Shown here piece by piece: positions 36,001-45,493 of a stretch of DNA of 64,000 nucleotides. The position numbers were made by a program, and so were the translations under genes. Position 1 is the stretch's first letter. The number at the start of each line of letters is the position of its first letter. The stretch lies in the IMG/VR virus record IMGVR_UViG_3300018080_008436, positions 310,001 to 374,000 of that record, one strand, 5' to 3'. The notes under the pieces are model-generated. The model did not search any database. It was not told the DNA's origin and was given only the letters and a program-made list of their open reading frames with translations.

Positions 36001-37940
36001 GCGAATGTCCCAAGTCCTGCTGTAATAGTGGATACATCAACATCAGAACCCCCGAAGGTGAACATATCAAACTTTATGTCAGACGGATAGTAGGTTTTAA
36101 ATCTATTTACTAAGCACTCAACGATGTTTTGTCGGTTGTTGTATCTGTCCATCATCCCCATACTTCCAGAACTATCTACAACAAATGAGAGTATTGCATC
36201 AGAGTACTCAATTTCACCATCAACAATGTCATCTTCAATGGTTATCGGGTCTGTGGCAGGAGGTGTTGTTATAGTACTGTTTCCTGGATCGAAAGGGTCA
36301 AAGTTACCAACAACTCTTAAAGCAAAAACGGAATTGTAAAGGTCTTCCCAAGTAGTCTCATCTTTACTTGTCCATGCAAAAGTGTCTGAATCAGCATTTT
36401 TCTCATCATATGCCCATAATACAAAATTATCTTCATCTCCATTGTGGCGCAATGTGATGGAAAGATATCCATTACTAGGAGTTGTTTCATCCATTAAATC
36501 GAAATCGAACGCATACCAATCGTCTTTAACAATTGTTGAGGCATGAAGTGAGGCCAAATGGAGTTCGCTTTTAGGAGTCCCATCATCATAACAGTCAGAT
36601 ATGGACATCCTTATCCAATAATTTGATGTTCCTCTTGCCCTGTACAAGAATACATAAACCTTACCAATACTGTATTCCGAATCATAGACTTTGAATGTTT
36701 GTGCAAGTCTATTTCTTATGTTTGGGTTGGCCGCAGAAGACAAACCTAATAGCAATGGTTTTGTTTGGTTCCAAAAGAGACCCGAACTAGAAGAGCTTGA
36801 GGAAACATTTGCTTCACTTTCACTACTGGTACTGGAAGAATCAATACTTGAACTACTAGAGGTTGAATTACTTGTTGGACTGGATGAAGAAGAGTTTGAC
36901 TGTGAACTTTCCGATTGAGAACTATGCCCAAGGCTTGAAGAAGATGAGCTTGAATCAAGAGAACTTGAACTAGAAGAGCTACTTGTTGTAACTGTGCTGG
37001 ATGAGTAACCACCCGAATCAGAAGAGCTTGAATCAAGAGAACTTGAACTACTGCTAGAACTTGAGCTAAATTGGTTACAAGATAGGGCTAAGGTATTCGG
37101 AAATGGCAATAGGGTTCCATCCCAGTCAACTGTACCAGATAATCCACTATTGTTTTGTTCAATAAGAGTTATTGTTCCTGCGCCAGTCCTTTGACCGACA
37201 GCTATTAAGTTGATTAAGCCAACCTCCCTATAAACTCTGACCTGTTGAATTGCTCCTTGGACAAACAAACCAACATACATATTGCAATTGGTAGTGTTTC
37301 CATCTCCCATCCCTGAAAAAGTCCAGTTTGTGAAGTAAGCACAATTGCCCCCTTCGCAGAATGGACTTGTACAACATTGGGAGCTACTTGAGCTTGGAGA
37401 TTGAGTCGATTGACTGCTTGTACTTGAAGAATCAATAGAGCTAGACGAACTAGAGGTGCTTCTGTCGATACAATATATTATGCCTGAATAAGAGAAGTCA
37501 AGTGGAGTCCCATCCCAATTTACTTGTCCAGTTATCCCGCTATTATCTCTTTCTTCAAGATCTATATCTGAGGCTACCAATGAAGTAACTTGCCCCAAAG
37601 CTATGATATTAAAATATGTTGGGTCTTGGTATAGTTCAACCTGCTGAGTGTTAGTTGCTGGGAAGAACACCGTTCTTACATAAATAATTTCATAATCAAG
37701 ACTTACCCCAATAAGATTCCACCCAGTTAGATGAGCACAAGCAGTTCCTTCGCATTCTGGGTATTGACAGTATCCCGAACTACTAGAGCTTGAGGAAGAG
37801 TCTATACTCGAAGATGAGCTACTAGAAGTAGAAGAAGAATCTATACTCGAAGATGAGCTACTAGAAGTAGAAGAAGAATCTATGCTCGAACTCGAACTTG
37901 AACTTTCGCTATATTGAAAACTTGAACTTGAACTTGACAT
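30024..37940 (-). CDS. 2638-aa putative virion structural protein with poly-Ser linkers and split vWA domain
   Basis: FVVDSSGSM and distant FVIIVTDGDEN; HxH motifs; acidic beta-rich sequence. Confidence 0.7.
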   Translation of the reverse strand: MSSSSSSFQYSESSSSSSSIDSSSTSSSSSSSIDSSSTSSSSSSSIDSSSSSSSSGYCQYPECEGTACAHLTGWNLIGVSLDYEIIYVRTVFFPATNTQQVELYQDPTYFNIIALGQVTSLVASDIDLEERDNSGITGQVNWDGTPLDFSYSGIIYCIDRSTSSSSSSIDSSSTSSQSTQSPSSSSSQCCTSPFCEGGNCAYFTNWTFSGMGDGNTTNCNMYVGLFVQGAIQQVRVYREVGLINLIAVGQRTGAGTITLIEQNNSGLSGTVDWDGTLLPFPNTLALSCNQFSSSSSSSSSSLDSSSSDSGGYSSSTVTTSSSSSSSSLDSSSSSSSLGHSSQSESSQSNSSSSSPTSNSTSSSSSIDSSSTSSESEANVSSSSSSSGLFWNQTKPLLLGLSSAANPNIRNRLAQTFKVYDSEYSIGKVYVFLYRARGTSNYWIRMSISDCYDDGTPKSELHLASLHASTIVKDDWYAFDFDLMDETTPSNGYLSITLRHNGDEDNFVLWAYDEKNADSDTFAWTSKDETTWEDLYNSVFALRVVGNFDPFDPGNSTITTPPATDPITIEDDIVDGEIEYSDAILSFVVDSSGSMGMMDRYNNRQNIVECLVNRFKTYYPSDIKFDMFTFGGSDVDVSTITAGLGTFATINLDLNNPSRTTYIFDVSGSQADVDAVYENNGAEFTVQHKLKSDQISLITYGNTSPIDSGTLNLVSGTGDATIDFSSVTAVSVEDPMIAYGFKTLENNHTYNIGDFKVDFNVISDVNLTNWQLFYPGSESPSITLGNNAPNNEESIDIVASTNLISRKLLTNAGITQSNITSILYVGDTTVTVEDASDFEVGDVIDILQGDAANIGHTITEIDSNTITFDPGVRLAVTNNSLAGSIVQDSSYNKITNINGSTANILVRDTKVSRDVVFYLQNSDGYYLEWDFEAFSEWVSYNIFFFGQTALLPMSFFEKDGTPFPDGTEVNLLVDKEPDIFAKDKIESAFVTYPSFAGQKRIYVQSTEGYFRESIIDILDKSGNIQTTKIDEIGTDPNLGPYIDIVDPLLFDVSAELGTTIRLNESSDEKLTPTDNILATEILSVDVTPIVNDKDVDPSLLKPYDIDRVPPSTPYEDLNLAEKFTQRQTLDMPTVDGNVCARVLPIVEDILETVKDKEEDLSRLLRYSPETDIVAQLEQNDGDQETATELPTAEETDATEEDVDYVIETPIYTSNGLATSSMQSFATEYEEKTFEGLNIPGIENPLFFSKDYEIFAYADFMGETGRTLARLYLDPFEVSFISPIVIDSTYVESDRVQYYLAAPKDEDSLDCFPRYEKRYVRGYHASDGSTITLNYIVADEFVLANDQFINITLYTNRVIDLDATASNVVYKDSSYPTTQQFANIRPLENVAVDENGEPVETPKTAIDQWREIVQNNPFEEVLESVNETDSAPSASSGTGLRSTNANDIINQYIELVGGSVQQDTEEESGLFYQDPAEWTYAKQFEQYQFSLEIVNGKASITIPTSDIVSLLFIEASVSFGDRDQHEQILADMFFIANPVTITSVNPGVLVPAENEVYEIGTGVEYLDASEVVEDNVQVNFSFRSAKQFNVEPSSSVTDNGWAGGVFIGPIEPVEPREAGAAAAELCPPIVDVNVDIEVFHPSGYVRKVRRIVSLTGQNFGDEDDSFIFYAKDALTPIYADGESNPNAKIVVDLQDDFNPTDIFVGEDGVKRLRGLGQPNDLPRTLTTFNSNPRRSTWQTDRLELTAIPKNKNIGHQQPLGEREIFREPWLSQVEAYTSYRKEEGGYRRGEIANGRPLPTPGGGIRIPKPLQQYVEPLGIELKYETNFVRDGVTTARIYAELTWKGQPILNQLTINEGTDFESVIEYPLPKVTFESGICEESNASGGQLPQMKDTRNLIDGCLIVGPNQDISLSDYSVQSGLIRSDVYDEDSGGEVVSSHTHVISLDINGNGTTTSTINLFGSIGNHTHTFTSYESDEQLSHSHNVRCVAMTNILPTKNIDTDFVVNGTVRYDPTNSQPYENEPVNPEGNRMMFATLEVPAGTELARRLATKIELGNDLNNGEPIFILDYEDEEEASSQSGVAGPAGSEDTSATFYTATDIEETERGFDIRVYAKFPEYQYVDDIGNVIVVPEEIVTDGSRITVELLPYKPPEDEEGTDPGFLVMGAGVKRDYMHIKARVSATSDGYLSERQFIINVASIQQWYPSIRHRVPELTSDDIYLASAIDSFGFFGASQLHDAVKRAAEQLVQYQTNNEDYKDYKKFVIIVTDGDENTSENSLNQAVQTVNFVDGEGEVQIIPIQLGQPHASDSILLEKYGEEGGSSVFYLDNSTSAQINSICNEIASGNNLQINTTTLTGTIVFENPNIPDTTVIAGVTVPTGAEVTYRIRTSVDGITYSDWTDFIDYSIPYEHDKSIDALQKYIQYEIKLVGNSDFQTPVINGGVEVDYYNPREFVIFFKPISVNLDDDEYISSIHITSEADVPENSTVEYLMTQSESLRPEEYYNIIPDQHTILPTRFNELLQTEDFKTYTAVNGRWNANFTLNVYRLGLDETQGTLIDSSEYAANNIEGTITFLAPQDPSTTIFMDLFFASSFRVATRVTNFTDEVAVIHHIGVMYNISKRIPRSSDGTIINVPISKRLPE

Positions 37941-37942
37941 CT

Positions 37943-40900
37943 TTAATTAACTTCTGGCTGAATCAGAGGTAAAATCTCTGAACTTCCTTTCTTTGTAGAG
38001 AAGATTTCTCCACCTGTTGTACCTGCTACTGTTTGTCCTGACGCAGATTCAACTCTTACTATACCATTGACTTCTAAGTTGCCTTCAACGAAGTCATTTA
38101 GGTCAGCTATATTCTCCCAGGTATTCCCATCATCCTCACTATTATAAATGAAACTGCTTGAACCCACGACCAGAATATTATTTTGGTCTTTTTTCATATC
38201 GGAAACGACATCGATTAATGCAGTGTTTCTGTGAGTATGTTGAGAAGGCAACCCTCTAATCAGATAATCTTCCACCTGGATTGTTTCAACTTGATTGTTG
38301 CGTACCATGTGCTCATGTGTATTCGAAAATTCGTCTCTCAAAACCTTTACCTGAACAGTATTCGCAACAAAATAAGCGTTACTTGCAACGATCTCTAGTT
38401 TTATGGTTGTCGAGTCGATTACTGATTTGATAAAATTGGTTTCTGATTTATTCGCAGAAGATATGATAGTAATCTTATCTCCATTAACCATATTAGTTGT
38501 ATCCTCAACCTTAATCGTTGAGTCTCCCAACTCAATATCTTCTGTGACAACATGTGTACTTGTTACAAAGTCATCATAATATATATTCTTTGTATAGCCA
38601 TAATTAGTGGCGTTGATTTCCCAACTCCAAGTCTCAGAAATTTTGATATTGTTGTATTCGGTGAAGTCCCAATTAGTATTGTTGAGTAACTTAACGGTCA
38701 TTGTTGTCGCTGTATGCTGAACTACCTCACTAAAATATTCAACTCCAATTTCCAATGGGTTCCAGAATCGAATTCTTGCATCTTTGAAAAGAGTTCCATC
38801 TTTTTGAACCAATGCATTGTTAAACAAGCTTGTATCAGAGACTTCAAACTTAACAGTGGCATTTAGAACCTGTTCAAAAGAAGCTATCGATCCACTAACA
38901 AATCCACCAACCAAATCCAAATCATGATAATGGGATGAATCCGTAGAAGTAATTTTGTTATTGAAAGAAGATAATGGTTGGTAAATCGGACCAGTTAATC
39001 TAAATACATCGTCAGACCCTATAATCAACCCCACAGGAGTTGTTATTATTTCAGTATTAATTAAGCTAGAGAAGTCATTTAGTATGATCTTATTCCTAGA
39101 ATTCTGATAAACTGTCATGCCTTCTATCAACGCGGCATCACTATCACCATTGGTAACTTGGAAATCAAAATCAACCAAGAAATTATCAACAACATTTTGG
39201 GTAAAAACTACGTCAAGGTTAACTTTTCCACTACTGTCAATCCCTACGAATGATTGCCCAGGTATGATATCTTCATTAGTAGAATCTGGAGTCTCAGCAT
39301 TGTAGGGGGTGATAGTTCCGTCAATGATTATCTGATTTGACGTATTAGAAACAACTGTGTACTCTTTGCCAAGATTTCCATTTTGATCAGTTGATACGTA
39401 AATTTTTCCGTTAGCCAATTGATTGTTTTGCGTGAGGAAGTCAAAATCAACATCAAGAACTGACCTATCTCCAACAAATTTTATTCTCTTGCCAACATAC
39501 GTTAACCAAATAGCTACGAATTCAGTTTCCAGTTCTACAGTTATTTCTCCACCAATTGTCCTAGAAGAGTTTTCCGCGATAGTGTACCCAGCTACAATAG
39601 GCAAGTCTACAACATAAAGTGTTCTTCCTTTGTATTGATTTGCTGAAATAGTATCTGACGCTTCAATTGACAGAACTACCGCATTATTAACAGGGTTGAC
39701 AGAAATCGATTTTATTAAGCCAGATACATCGATATTAGTTACCTGTCCTGGGAATCCAACAGACCAAATCTGACCATCATAAGGGAACTCACCTGTTGTA
39801 GTTTGACTATCTTCGTAAACTCCGATATCTGTACCAAATAATATATTTCCATTGTCAGCTTCTACCATATCGTTTACAACAACTGGGTAAACTTCAAATG
39901 CCAAATTACCACTCTGGCTTTGGATAGTTTCATTAGCCTCTCTGCCAAGAACTACAATAGATGAATCAAATCCTGAGTTGAAAATCACCCTACCACTGAA
40001 GATAGGAGTGTCGTTCCCTTCGGCAAAAATGGAGATGTTGCGTTTGTCCAATTCTCCGTCTGCATATCTAAAGTCATTTGGATATGTATAGGATACTGAC
40101 ATAATGGTATGTCCAAAGGTTGAAACTTTGGATGACTGAATTGTTCCCCTAACTTCTTCAAACTTCCTATACGTACTCCATACCTTACCCAAGTCGGAAC
40201 TTCTAAGAATATAGTGAATCACATTACTCAGGTCCGTTCCTGCGGCACTAGCGAGAATCCCACCAGTTGATATCGGCAAAAAGTTTACGATGTTTACGTT
40301 TTCAACTGTAGCATCAAACAATCCAGAGGTCCATACAAAATCACCAAGGTATGGGGTGTAAGCAATTTTATTCTTCCCTCCAACTAGCAAAGTATTGGTC
40401 AGGTCAACGTTACCAAGGTTTTCCTCTCCATCAAACTGTTGCCACCAAGACCCCATAGTTAATCTAACACTTGCGATTGTTTCTGGATCTTCTTCAAAAG
40501 GAGGAGAAACCTGGATAGAGTTTGGAGTAGCTTTTACAATAACATAACTTGTGTTATTTTTAGGGTTCGATGGATCACTTATAGTTTCTATCTTAACTGC
40601 TCTATTTGGTACTAACTCTGAGTAAATTCCCCCAGCCGCTTTGATAATACCAACTGTTGGATCTCCCTCAATATTTTTAAATGAAGCTTCATGAGGTGGA
40701 ATAACAACAAAACTATCTTCAGGCCATCTTAAGGACATAGAGAGTGCAGGGAATCTGACGGCTTCCTGATCTTGAAGCGTCCATGTGATCATATCCTGAG
40801 TCAAATAAACCCCGTTATCAGTTGCAACTAACAGATTCTCATCCCCAAAGACACTCATATCATAAACAGGTCTTTTCAACCCCCAAACATAGAACCAGTT

Positions 40901-43900
40901 CGCGTTTACATTGTCGTTTCTTCGCGCCCAGAAAACTCCGATATCAGTTCCAACAATAATATTACCAGAGAATGTACCTGTTCCAATAAGGATCTTGTTG
41001 ATTGACGTTGCTCCCTTAGCTTCAAATGGGCTTTGGAAGTTAACTAAACTGTATGCTTCGCTATTCTCAATGTCTATGTAATTCCCATAATAGTTTTCAT
41101 CCGCAGGATTTTCAGAATAATGGAAGTCATAGAAAAGGCTCTGAATCATCTCAGAATCGATTTCGGGGTAGACATACCTTACAGCTTGAGTCAACTGTAA
41201 AAGGTTGCTCAGATAGGCGTTATTTAGCTCATATGGCCTTTGATCGCTTTCATACGACAGCCGATCTTCTATTTCTTCATGAGTGTTGGTGCCAATGTTG
41301 GTTAAGAAACTATCATATATGTTCAATCGGATAGCCGAACTTGCATCTAAATTAGGCAATTTATAAACAGTGGCAGGAGTATCTATTTTTATTGTTGATC
41401 TCGGAGAGAATGAAATTATGTTATCTGAAACAGATGTGATTGTTCTATAAAGATAAGATGTCTCAACTTCTCTCTCTTCAACCGATCTTTGAGCTTCAGC
41501 TTCTGCGGCTTGTTCCGCACTTGCGCCACTTTCTCCTCCAGCCACAACAGTTTCTGTTGGTGGAGGAAGCTCATCTTTCCGAATCGAAATGCGATCTCCA
41601 GCCTGAAACTGACTTGCGTCCTCAACTTCAATGAAATTATCATAAACAGATAAACCGTTGGTCAAACTTGATGTTCCACTGAAGTCTACCAATCCTAATG
41701 TCGGATCAACTGTGAAACTCCATCCTCTAGATGCTCTATTATCGATATCTGTTTTGGTTGAGTAAATAAGTTTACTGTTAATATAGATATCATATGGCAC
41801 ATCTGTTGGCCATCCTCCACTCTCGGCATACCACTTATCGAAATTAACGAGAGTTGTAATAGTTTGATCAGTTACAGTAATCTCTTTTAAATAGAATGTT
41901 TTGCTTCTATTCCCATAAGCGTAATCGAAATATACATTTTCTCCGTTAAGAGTTAGTGATGGCAGTGGAGATCCAGAAAAACTAAACTTACTTGTAAACG
42001 ATGAAGAATATTCATAGACTTCATTAACTGAGCCAACAAAGAATGATTCTAAATCATATGACACTTGGAAAGAATATGCAACAATATCACTAATTTTATT
42101 CCACCCCCCAGAGTATCTATAAATGCCGTCTGGTTTAGAAAGATACATAATACCATCATATGCAAAGAACTTGCCATTCTCACCTTCTTCTGGAAGATTG
42201 CAAATAAAATTCCATGTCTCTCCACTATCTTTTGATCTATAAACCTTTGTATTTGATACGGCATAGAGAGTTATGACTAAGCTATGGGTATGGCCATTGG
42301 CACTTTGAACAGTCCAATCGGTTACGTCATGAGTATGCCCATCTTCCAATTCAAGAGTTCCATTCCCATTAATGTTAACATCAAGAGTATGAGTGTGACC
42401 AAGCTTAGTTGTAACTTTCATAGACTTAAAATCTTGTTCAATCTGGTTGTAGTTACCTTCGAGTTTCTCAACCCAGGTCTTTCCTTGGTCTTCTGTTTTG
42501 AAAATTCCATCAGAGGCACAATATACGTTATTACTTGTGAAAACCAGTATGTCATTAATGTTGGGAGATTCTCCTGGCCTTGTTGTATTAGAAAGTATTG
42601 TACTTCTATTGTGAGATCTGAGAACCAGAACTCCATTATTTGAAGCAACCCAAACACTTCCTTCTTCATCTTGTTCTGCATTTTTGAACACCCCTACATT
42701 TGATGGAGTATTTGGGGCTTCCCAACTAAGATAGAAGTTATCTTGTAAGTTGACATTTGTTGCAACGATATCTTTTCCCACAGTCAAGATTTTATCTGTT
42801 GTAACACCATTTCTTGTAATTTCTTGAACCTCGATTGATATCGCTGGGATACCATCAAGATATCTCTCGACCTTGGCGACTGTTTTAACTGAGCCTGGAT
42901 TCTCAGCAATCCTTTCTTGAACTTCTTCACTTTCTGGATCTAACAACTCATTTGTCTCTACGTCTCTAAGTTGAACCGCTATTAATGTCTCGTCATCTCC
43001 AACTTCATCAAAATCTTTAAGGTCAGTTATTTTGTAGTTTGGAACTGGAATATATGAAAGTTTTTGAATCATTGTTTGATCGGCATCACTATTTGATTCA
43101 GATTTCCCTACAATAAGATATGAATCTCCAGTTTCTGTAAGAGTTTCTTCCGCTAAAGCAATTTGCAGTGTGTAGATATCACTTGTAATCTTCAACGGAG
43201 TGCCAGTTTCTATCTCATAATTTTGCTTTGCTTTTTCGAACATTTCTAATAGATCTGTTCCTGTCTCATAAAAAGGCAGATCGTTAATAACAAAAACAAA
43301 CGCATCATCATTTGGGATCATGATTAAATCATCGGATGTTCCAACATATAGATTACCGAATCGATCTTCAAACATAGAGTATGCAACTTTAACATCTCCA
43401 ATAACTGATTGAATGATTTCATGAGTGTGAGAAGAATCCGTTTCAGTAGTTTCGTTTATGTCATTCTGCCAATCAAGCAATCCCTGACTCTCTGCATCCT
43501 CAACAACCCCATCTTGTACTGAGTGCAAATGGGCAACCAAATACGTTTCGTCATCCTGCCCTACAGCATAGTATACAGGCTCGTCGTTGATGTATGTTTG
43601 TTCAGTAAGACCTGTATTCTCTTCATTTACCAATAAATTATGGTAATGGTCTAATGTATTTTCTGTTACTGATGGTGTTACCAAGAAATTTATACCATCA
43701 TTACTGATTACGGGATAGTTAAATGGTGAGAATGGTTCGTCTGTTCTTCCAACATGAGACAAGAATGGGATCTGAGAAATCTCAAATACTCCAGATGCGA
43801 TTTTCTGAGCATTGACAAAAAAGATATTCTCATTCCTGATAACTCCTGTTACCTCTGAATTCCCAAGGATTTCAATCGTAACATGATCTGCCTCTAATCC

Positions 43901-45484
43901 TACCGTCTTTTGATAGTCGAGTAAAGTAACTTCAATATTTCTTGCCGCGTCAGGAGTGAAAACAAACGTGTCGTCTTTATCTCTTAACAATGCCTCGGCA
44001 GTTACACTTTGACTTTTCAAATCTGCAAATCCAGCAATGGACTGAGTTTCTTCATCAAAGAATACAAATGGATTCGTGTTAATATCAACGCTTGCAAAAG
44101 AAGCATTGAATTCTGTTATCATGTTTAACATGAATCTATAAACACTACTTTGCTGTTCAGAATATTGGAATCTTGTTCCCTCATATTCAAAGTCAACACC
44201 ATAAGTTTTGGTTATCCCTCCAATTATTCCTGTAAGAGAAATCGTCTTGGTTGTTGGGTCGGCAGTAATATCGTCAGATGTCTCGTCACCAACTGGGATG
44301 TTGTTTACATAAACTATGTATTGGCTTGATTCATCCCATACAAAATTTGAGATATCTGGGAGAACGTGAGTGTGGTCTTCAACAGTCCCAGTTGTAAACT
44401 CCTGAGTTTGCATTTCGTTCTCAACTATCTTATGATAGTGATTGTCAGCCGTTCCAACAATACCAACTGTTTGACCGTTACCATCAGTATCTATTGTAAA
44501 TGTATGTCGATGTCCTTCGACAGTATCTGTTAGCTGACTTTCTGTTATGCTGAAATTTCCTCTTCTGCTTTCTGGGTTATAAGAGGTAAGAACTGCGTTT
44601 CTGAAATCTGTTTCAAGATTGATTCTTGCAGGATCGTATGATGCAGACCCACCATGGTGATGGGCGGCAACAATTTGATTTGCATAACTGGTGATTGTAG
44701 ATTCAAGATTCTTCAAAGTATTAACATCAGAAGTGTCAATAGAAACAACCTCATTTCCTCTTGTTGTTACCAAACCTAAGAGTACTTTAGCTGGGGCCGC
44801 AGAAAAGTTTGGTGCTGAGTTAAAAGTAACTTCAGTAAAATGATTCGCAGAGTCATCTCTAAACTGATATGAGTATATCGCATCCATTTGAGTGTCGTAA
44901 GCTTCTTTTGCAACAATATAGTCATTAAAATCGTTGTAATCATTGACTGACGGTTCGGGGATCAAATATGGAGGGTAATCAGCCAAAGGCGGATAGAAAT
45001 TAGAATATTTTCTAGTAACCCAAATATAAGTATCTGCATTGTTGTTTAAAGTTATGACTTCTGGTATGACAACTTTTACGTAGGCATTTTCAATTGGTTT
45101 TGTTGGATTGAATGTTGGGTCATATTCTTGAACGACTGCGATATAGGCATCTGCTTCTGCATCAGTCATATCTTCTTCTGGGGCTTCTTGAAGTTTTACG
45201 ACTTCAACTTCTCGATCTCCGCTAACCATACTTGATCTTTGTTTGACTGTATATGGGCTTTCAGCGAAGTATCCATTAATAATTCCTCTACCTGGAAGTA
45301 TTTGAACTGTTGTATCTGTTAGATGTTCTATTTCCCATCCTTCAATGACACCAACACCAACGACTCCAACATATGACTCCATATTGTAGTCAACTGTGAC
45401 GAATCTCTGGTATTCTGACTGAGCAGAATATGCTCCCCCTCTTGGGAAGTATTCTAATTTGAATCTTGGTGCAATTTTAGGCAT
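37943..45484 (-). CDS. 2513-aa putative tail/fibre protein with BNR/Asp-box propellers and HxH repeats
   Basis: SKDSGETW, SSDLGKVW, SEDDGNTW boxes; ~13 HxH motifs. Confidence 0.7.
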   Translation of the reverse strand: MPKIAPRFKLEYFPRGGAYSAQSEYQRFVTVDYNMESYVGVVGVGVIEGWEIEHLTDTTVQILPGRGIINGYFAESPYTVKQRSSMVSGDREVEVVKLQEAPEEDMTDAEADAYIAVVQEYDPTFNPTKPIENAYVKVVIPEVITLNNNADTYIWVTRKYSNFYPPLADYPPYLIPEPSVNDYNDFNDYIVAKEAYDTQMDAIYSYQFRDDSANHFTEVTFNSAPNFSAAPAKVLLGLVTTRGNEVVSIDTSDVNTLKNLESTITSYANQIVAAHHHGGSASYDPARINLETDFRNAVLTSYNPESRRGNFSITESQLTDTVEGHRHTFTIDTDGNGQTVGIVGTADNHYHKIVENEMQTQEFTTGTVEDHTHVLPDISNFVWDESSQYIVYVNNIPVGDETSDDITADPTTKTISLTGIIGGITKTYGVDFEYEGTRFQYSEQQSSVYRFMLNMITEFNASFASVDINTNPFVFFDEETQSIAGFADLKSQSVTAEALLRDKDDTFVFTPDAARNIEVTLLDYQKTVGLEADHVTIEILGNSEVTGVIRNENIFFVNAQKIASGVFEISQIPFLSHVGRTDEPFSPFNYPVISNDGINFLVTPSVTENTLDHYHNLLVNEENTGLTEQTYINDEPVYYAVGQDDETYLVAHLHSVQDGVVEDAESQGLLDWQNDINETTETDSSHTHEIIQSVIGDVKVAYSMFEDRFGNLYVGTSDDLIMIPNDDAFVFVINDLPFYETGTDLLEMFEKAKQNYEIETGTPLKITSDIYTLQIALAEETLTETGDSYLIVGKSESNSDADQTMIQKLSYIPVPNYKITDLKDFDEVGDDETLIAVQLRDVETNELLDPESEEVQERIAENPGSVKTVAKVERYLDGIPAISIEVQEITRNGVTTDKILTVGKDIVATNVNLQDNFYLSWEAPNTPSNVGVFKNAEQDEEGSVWVASNNGVLVLRSHNRSTILSNTTRPGESPNINDILVFTSNNVYCASDGIFKTEDQGKTWVEKLEGNYNQIEQDFKSMKVTTKLGHTHTLDVNINGNGTLELEDGHTHDVTDWTVQSANGHTHSLVITLYAVSNTKVYRSKDSGETWNFICNLPEEGENGKFFAYDGIMYLSKPDGIYRYSGGWNKISDIVAYSFQVSYDLESFFVGSVNEVYEYSSSFTSKFSFSGSPLPSLTLNGENVYFDYAYGNRSKTFYLKEITVTDQTITTLVNFDKWYAESGGWPTDVPYDIYINSKLIYSTKTDIDNRASRGWSFTVDPTLGLVDFSGTSSLTNGLSVYDNFIEVEDASQFQAGDRISIRKDELPPPTETVVAGGESGASAEQAAEAEAQRSVEEREVETSYLYRTITSVSDNIISFSPRSTIKIDTPATVYKLPNLDASSAIRLNIYDSFLTNIGTNTHEEIEDRLSYESDQRPYELNNAYLSNLLQLTQAVRYVYPEIDSEMIQSLFYDFHYSENPADENYYGNYIDIENSEAYSLVNFQSPFEAKGATSINKILIGTGTFSGNIIVGTDIGVFWARRNDNVNANWFYVWGLKRPVYDMSVFGDENLLVATDNGVYLTQDMITWTLQDQEAVRFPALSMSLRWPEDSFVVIPPHEASFKNIEGDPTVGIIKAAGGIYSELVPNRAVKIETISDPSNPKNNTSYVIVKATPNSIQVSPPFEEDPETIASVRLTMGSWWQQFDGEENLGNVDLTNTLLVGGKNKIAYTPYLGDFVWTSGLFDATVENVNIVNFLPISTGGILASAAGTDLSNVIHYILRSSDLGKVWSTYRKFEEVRGTIQSSKVSTFGHTIMSVSYTYPNDFRYADGELDKRNISIFAEGNDTPIFSGRVIFNSGFDSSIVVLGREANETIQSQSGNLAFEVYPVVVNDMVEADNGNILFGTDIGVYEDSQTTTGEFPYDGQIWSVGFPGQVTNIDVSGLIKSISVNPVNNAVVLSIEASDTISANQYKGRTLYVVDLPIVAGYTIAENSSRTIGGEITVELETEFVAIWLTYVGKRIKFVGDRSVLDVDFDFLTQNNQLANGKIYVSTDQNGNLGKEYTVVSNTSNQIIIDGTITPYNAETPDSTNEDIIPGQSFVGIDSSGKVNLDVVFTQNVVDNFLVDFDFQVTNGDSDAALIEGMTVYQNSRNKIILNDFSSLINTEIITTPVGLIIGSDDVFRLTGPIYQPLSSFNNKITSTDSSHYHDLDLVGGFVSGSIASFEQVLNATVKFEVSDTSLFNNALVQKDGTLFKDARIRFWNPLEIGVEYFSEVVQHTATTMTVKLLNNTNWDFTEYNNIKISETWSWEINATNYGYTKNIYYDDFVTSTHVVTEDIELGDSTIKVEDTTNMVNGDKITIISSANKSETNFIKSVIDSTTIKLEIVASNAYFVANTVQVKVLRDEFSNTHEHMVRNNQVETIQVEDYLIRGLPSQHTHRNTALIDVVSDMKKDQNNILVVGSSSFIYNSEDDGNTWENIADLNDFVEGNLEVNGIVRVESASGQTVAGTTGGEIFSTKKGSSEILPLIQPEVN

Positions 45485-45493
45485 AATTTATCC

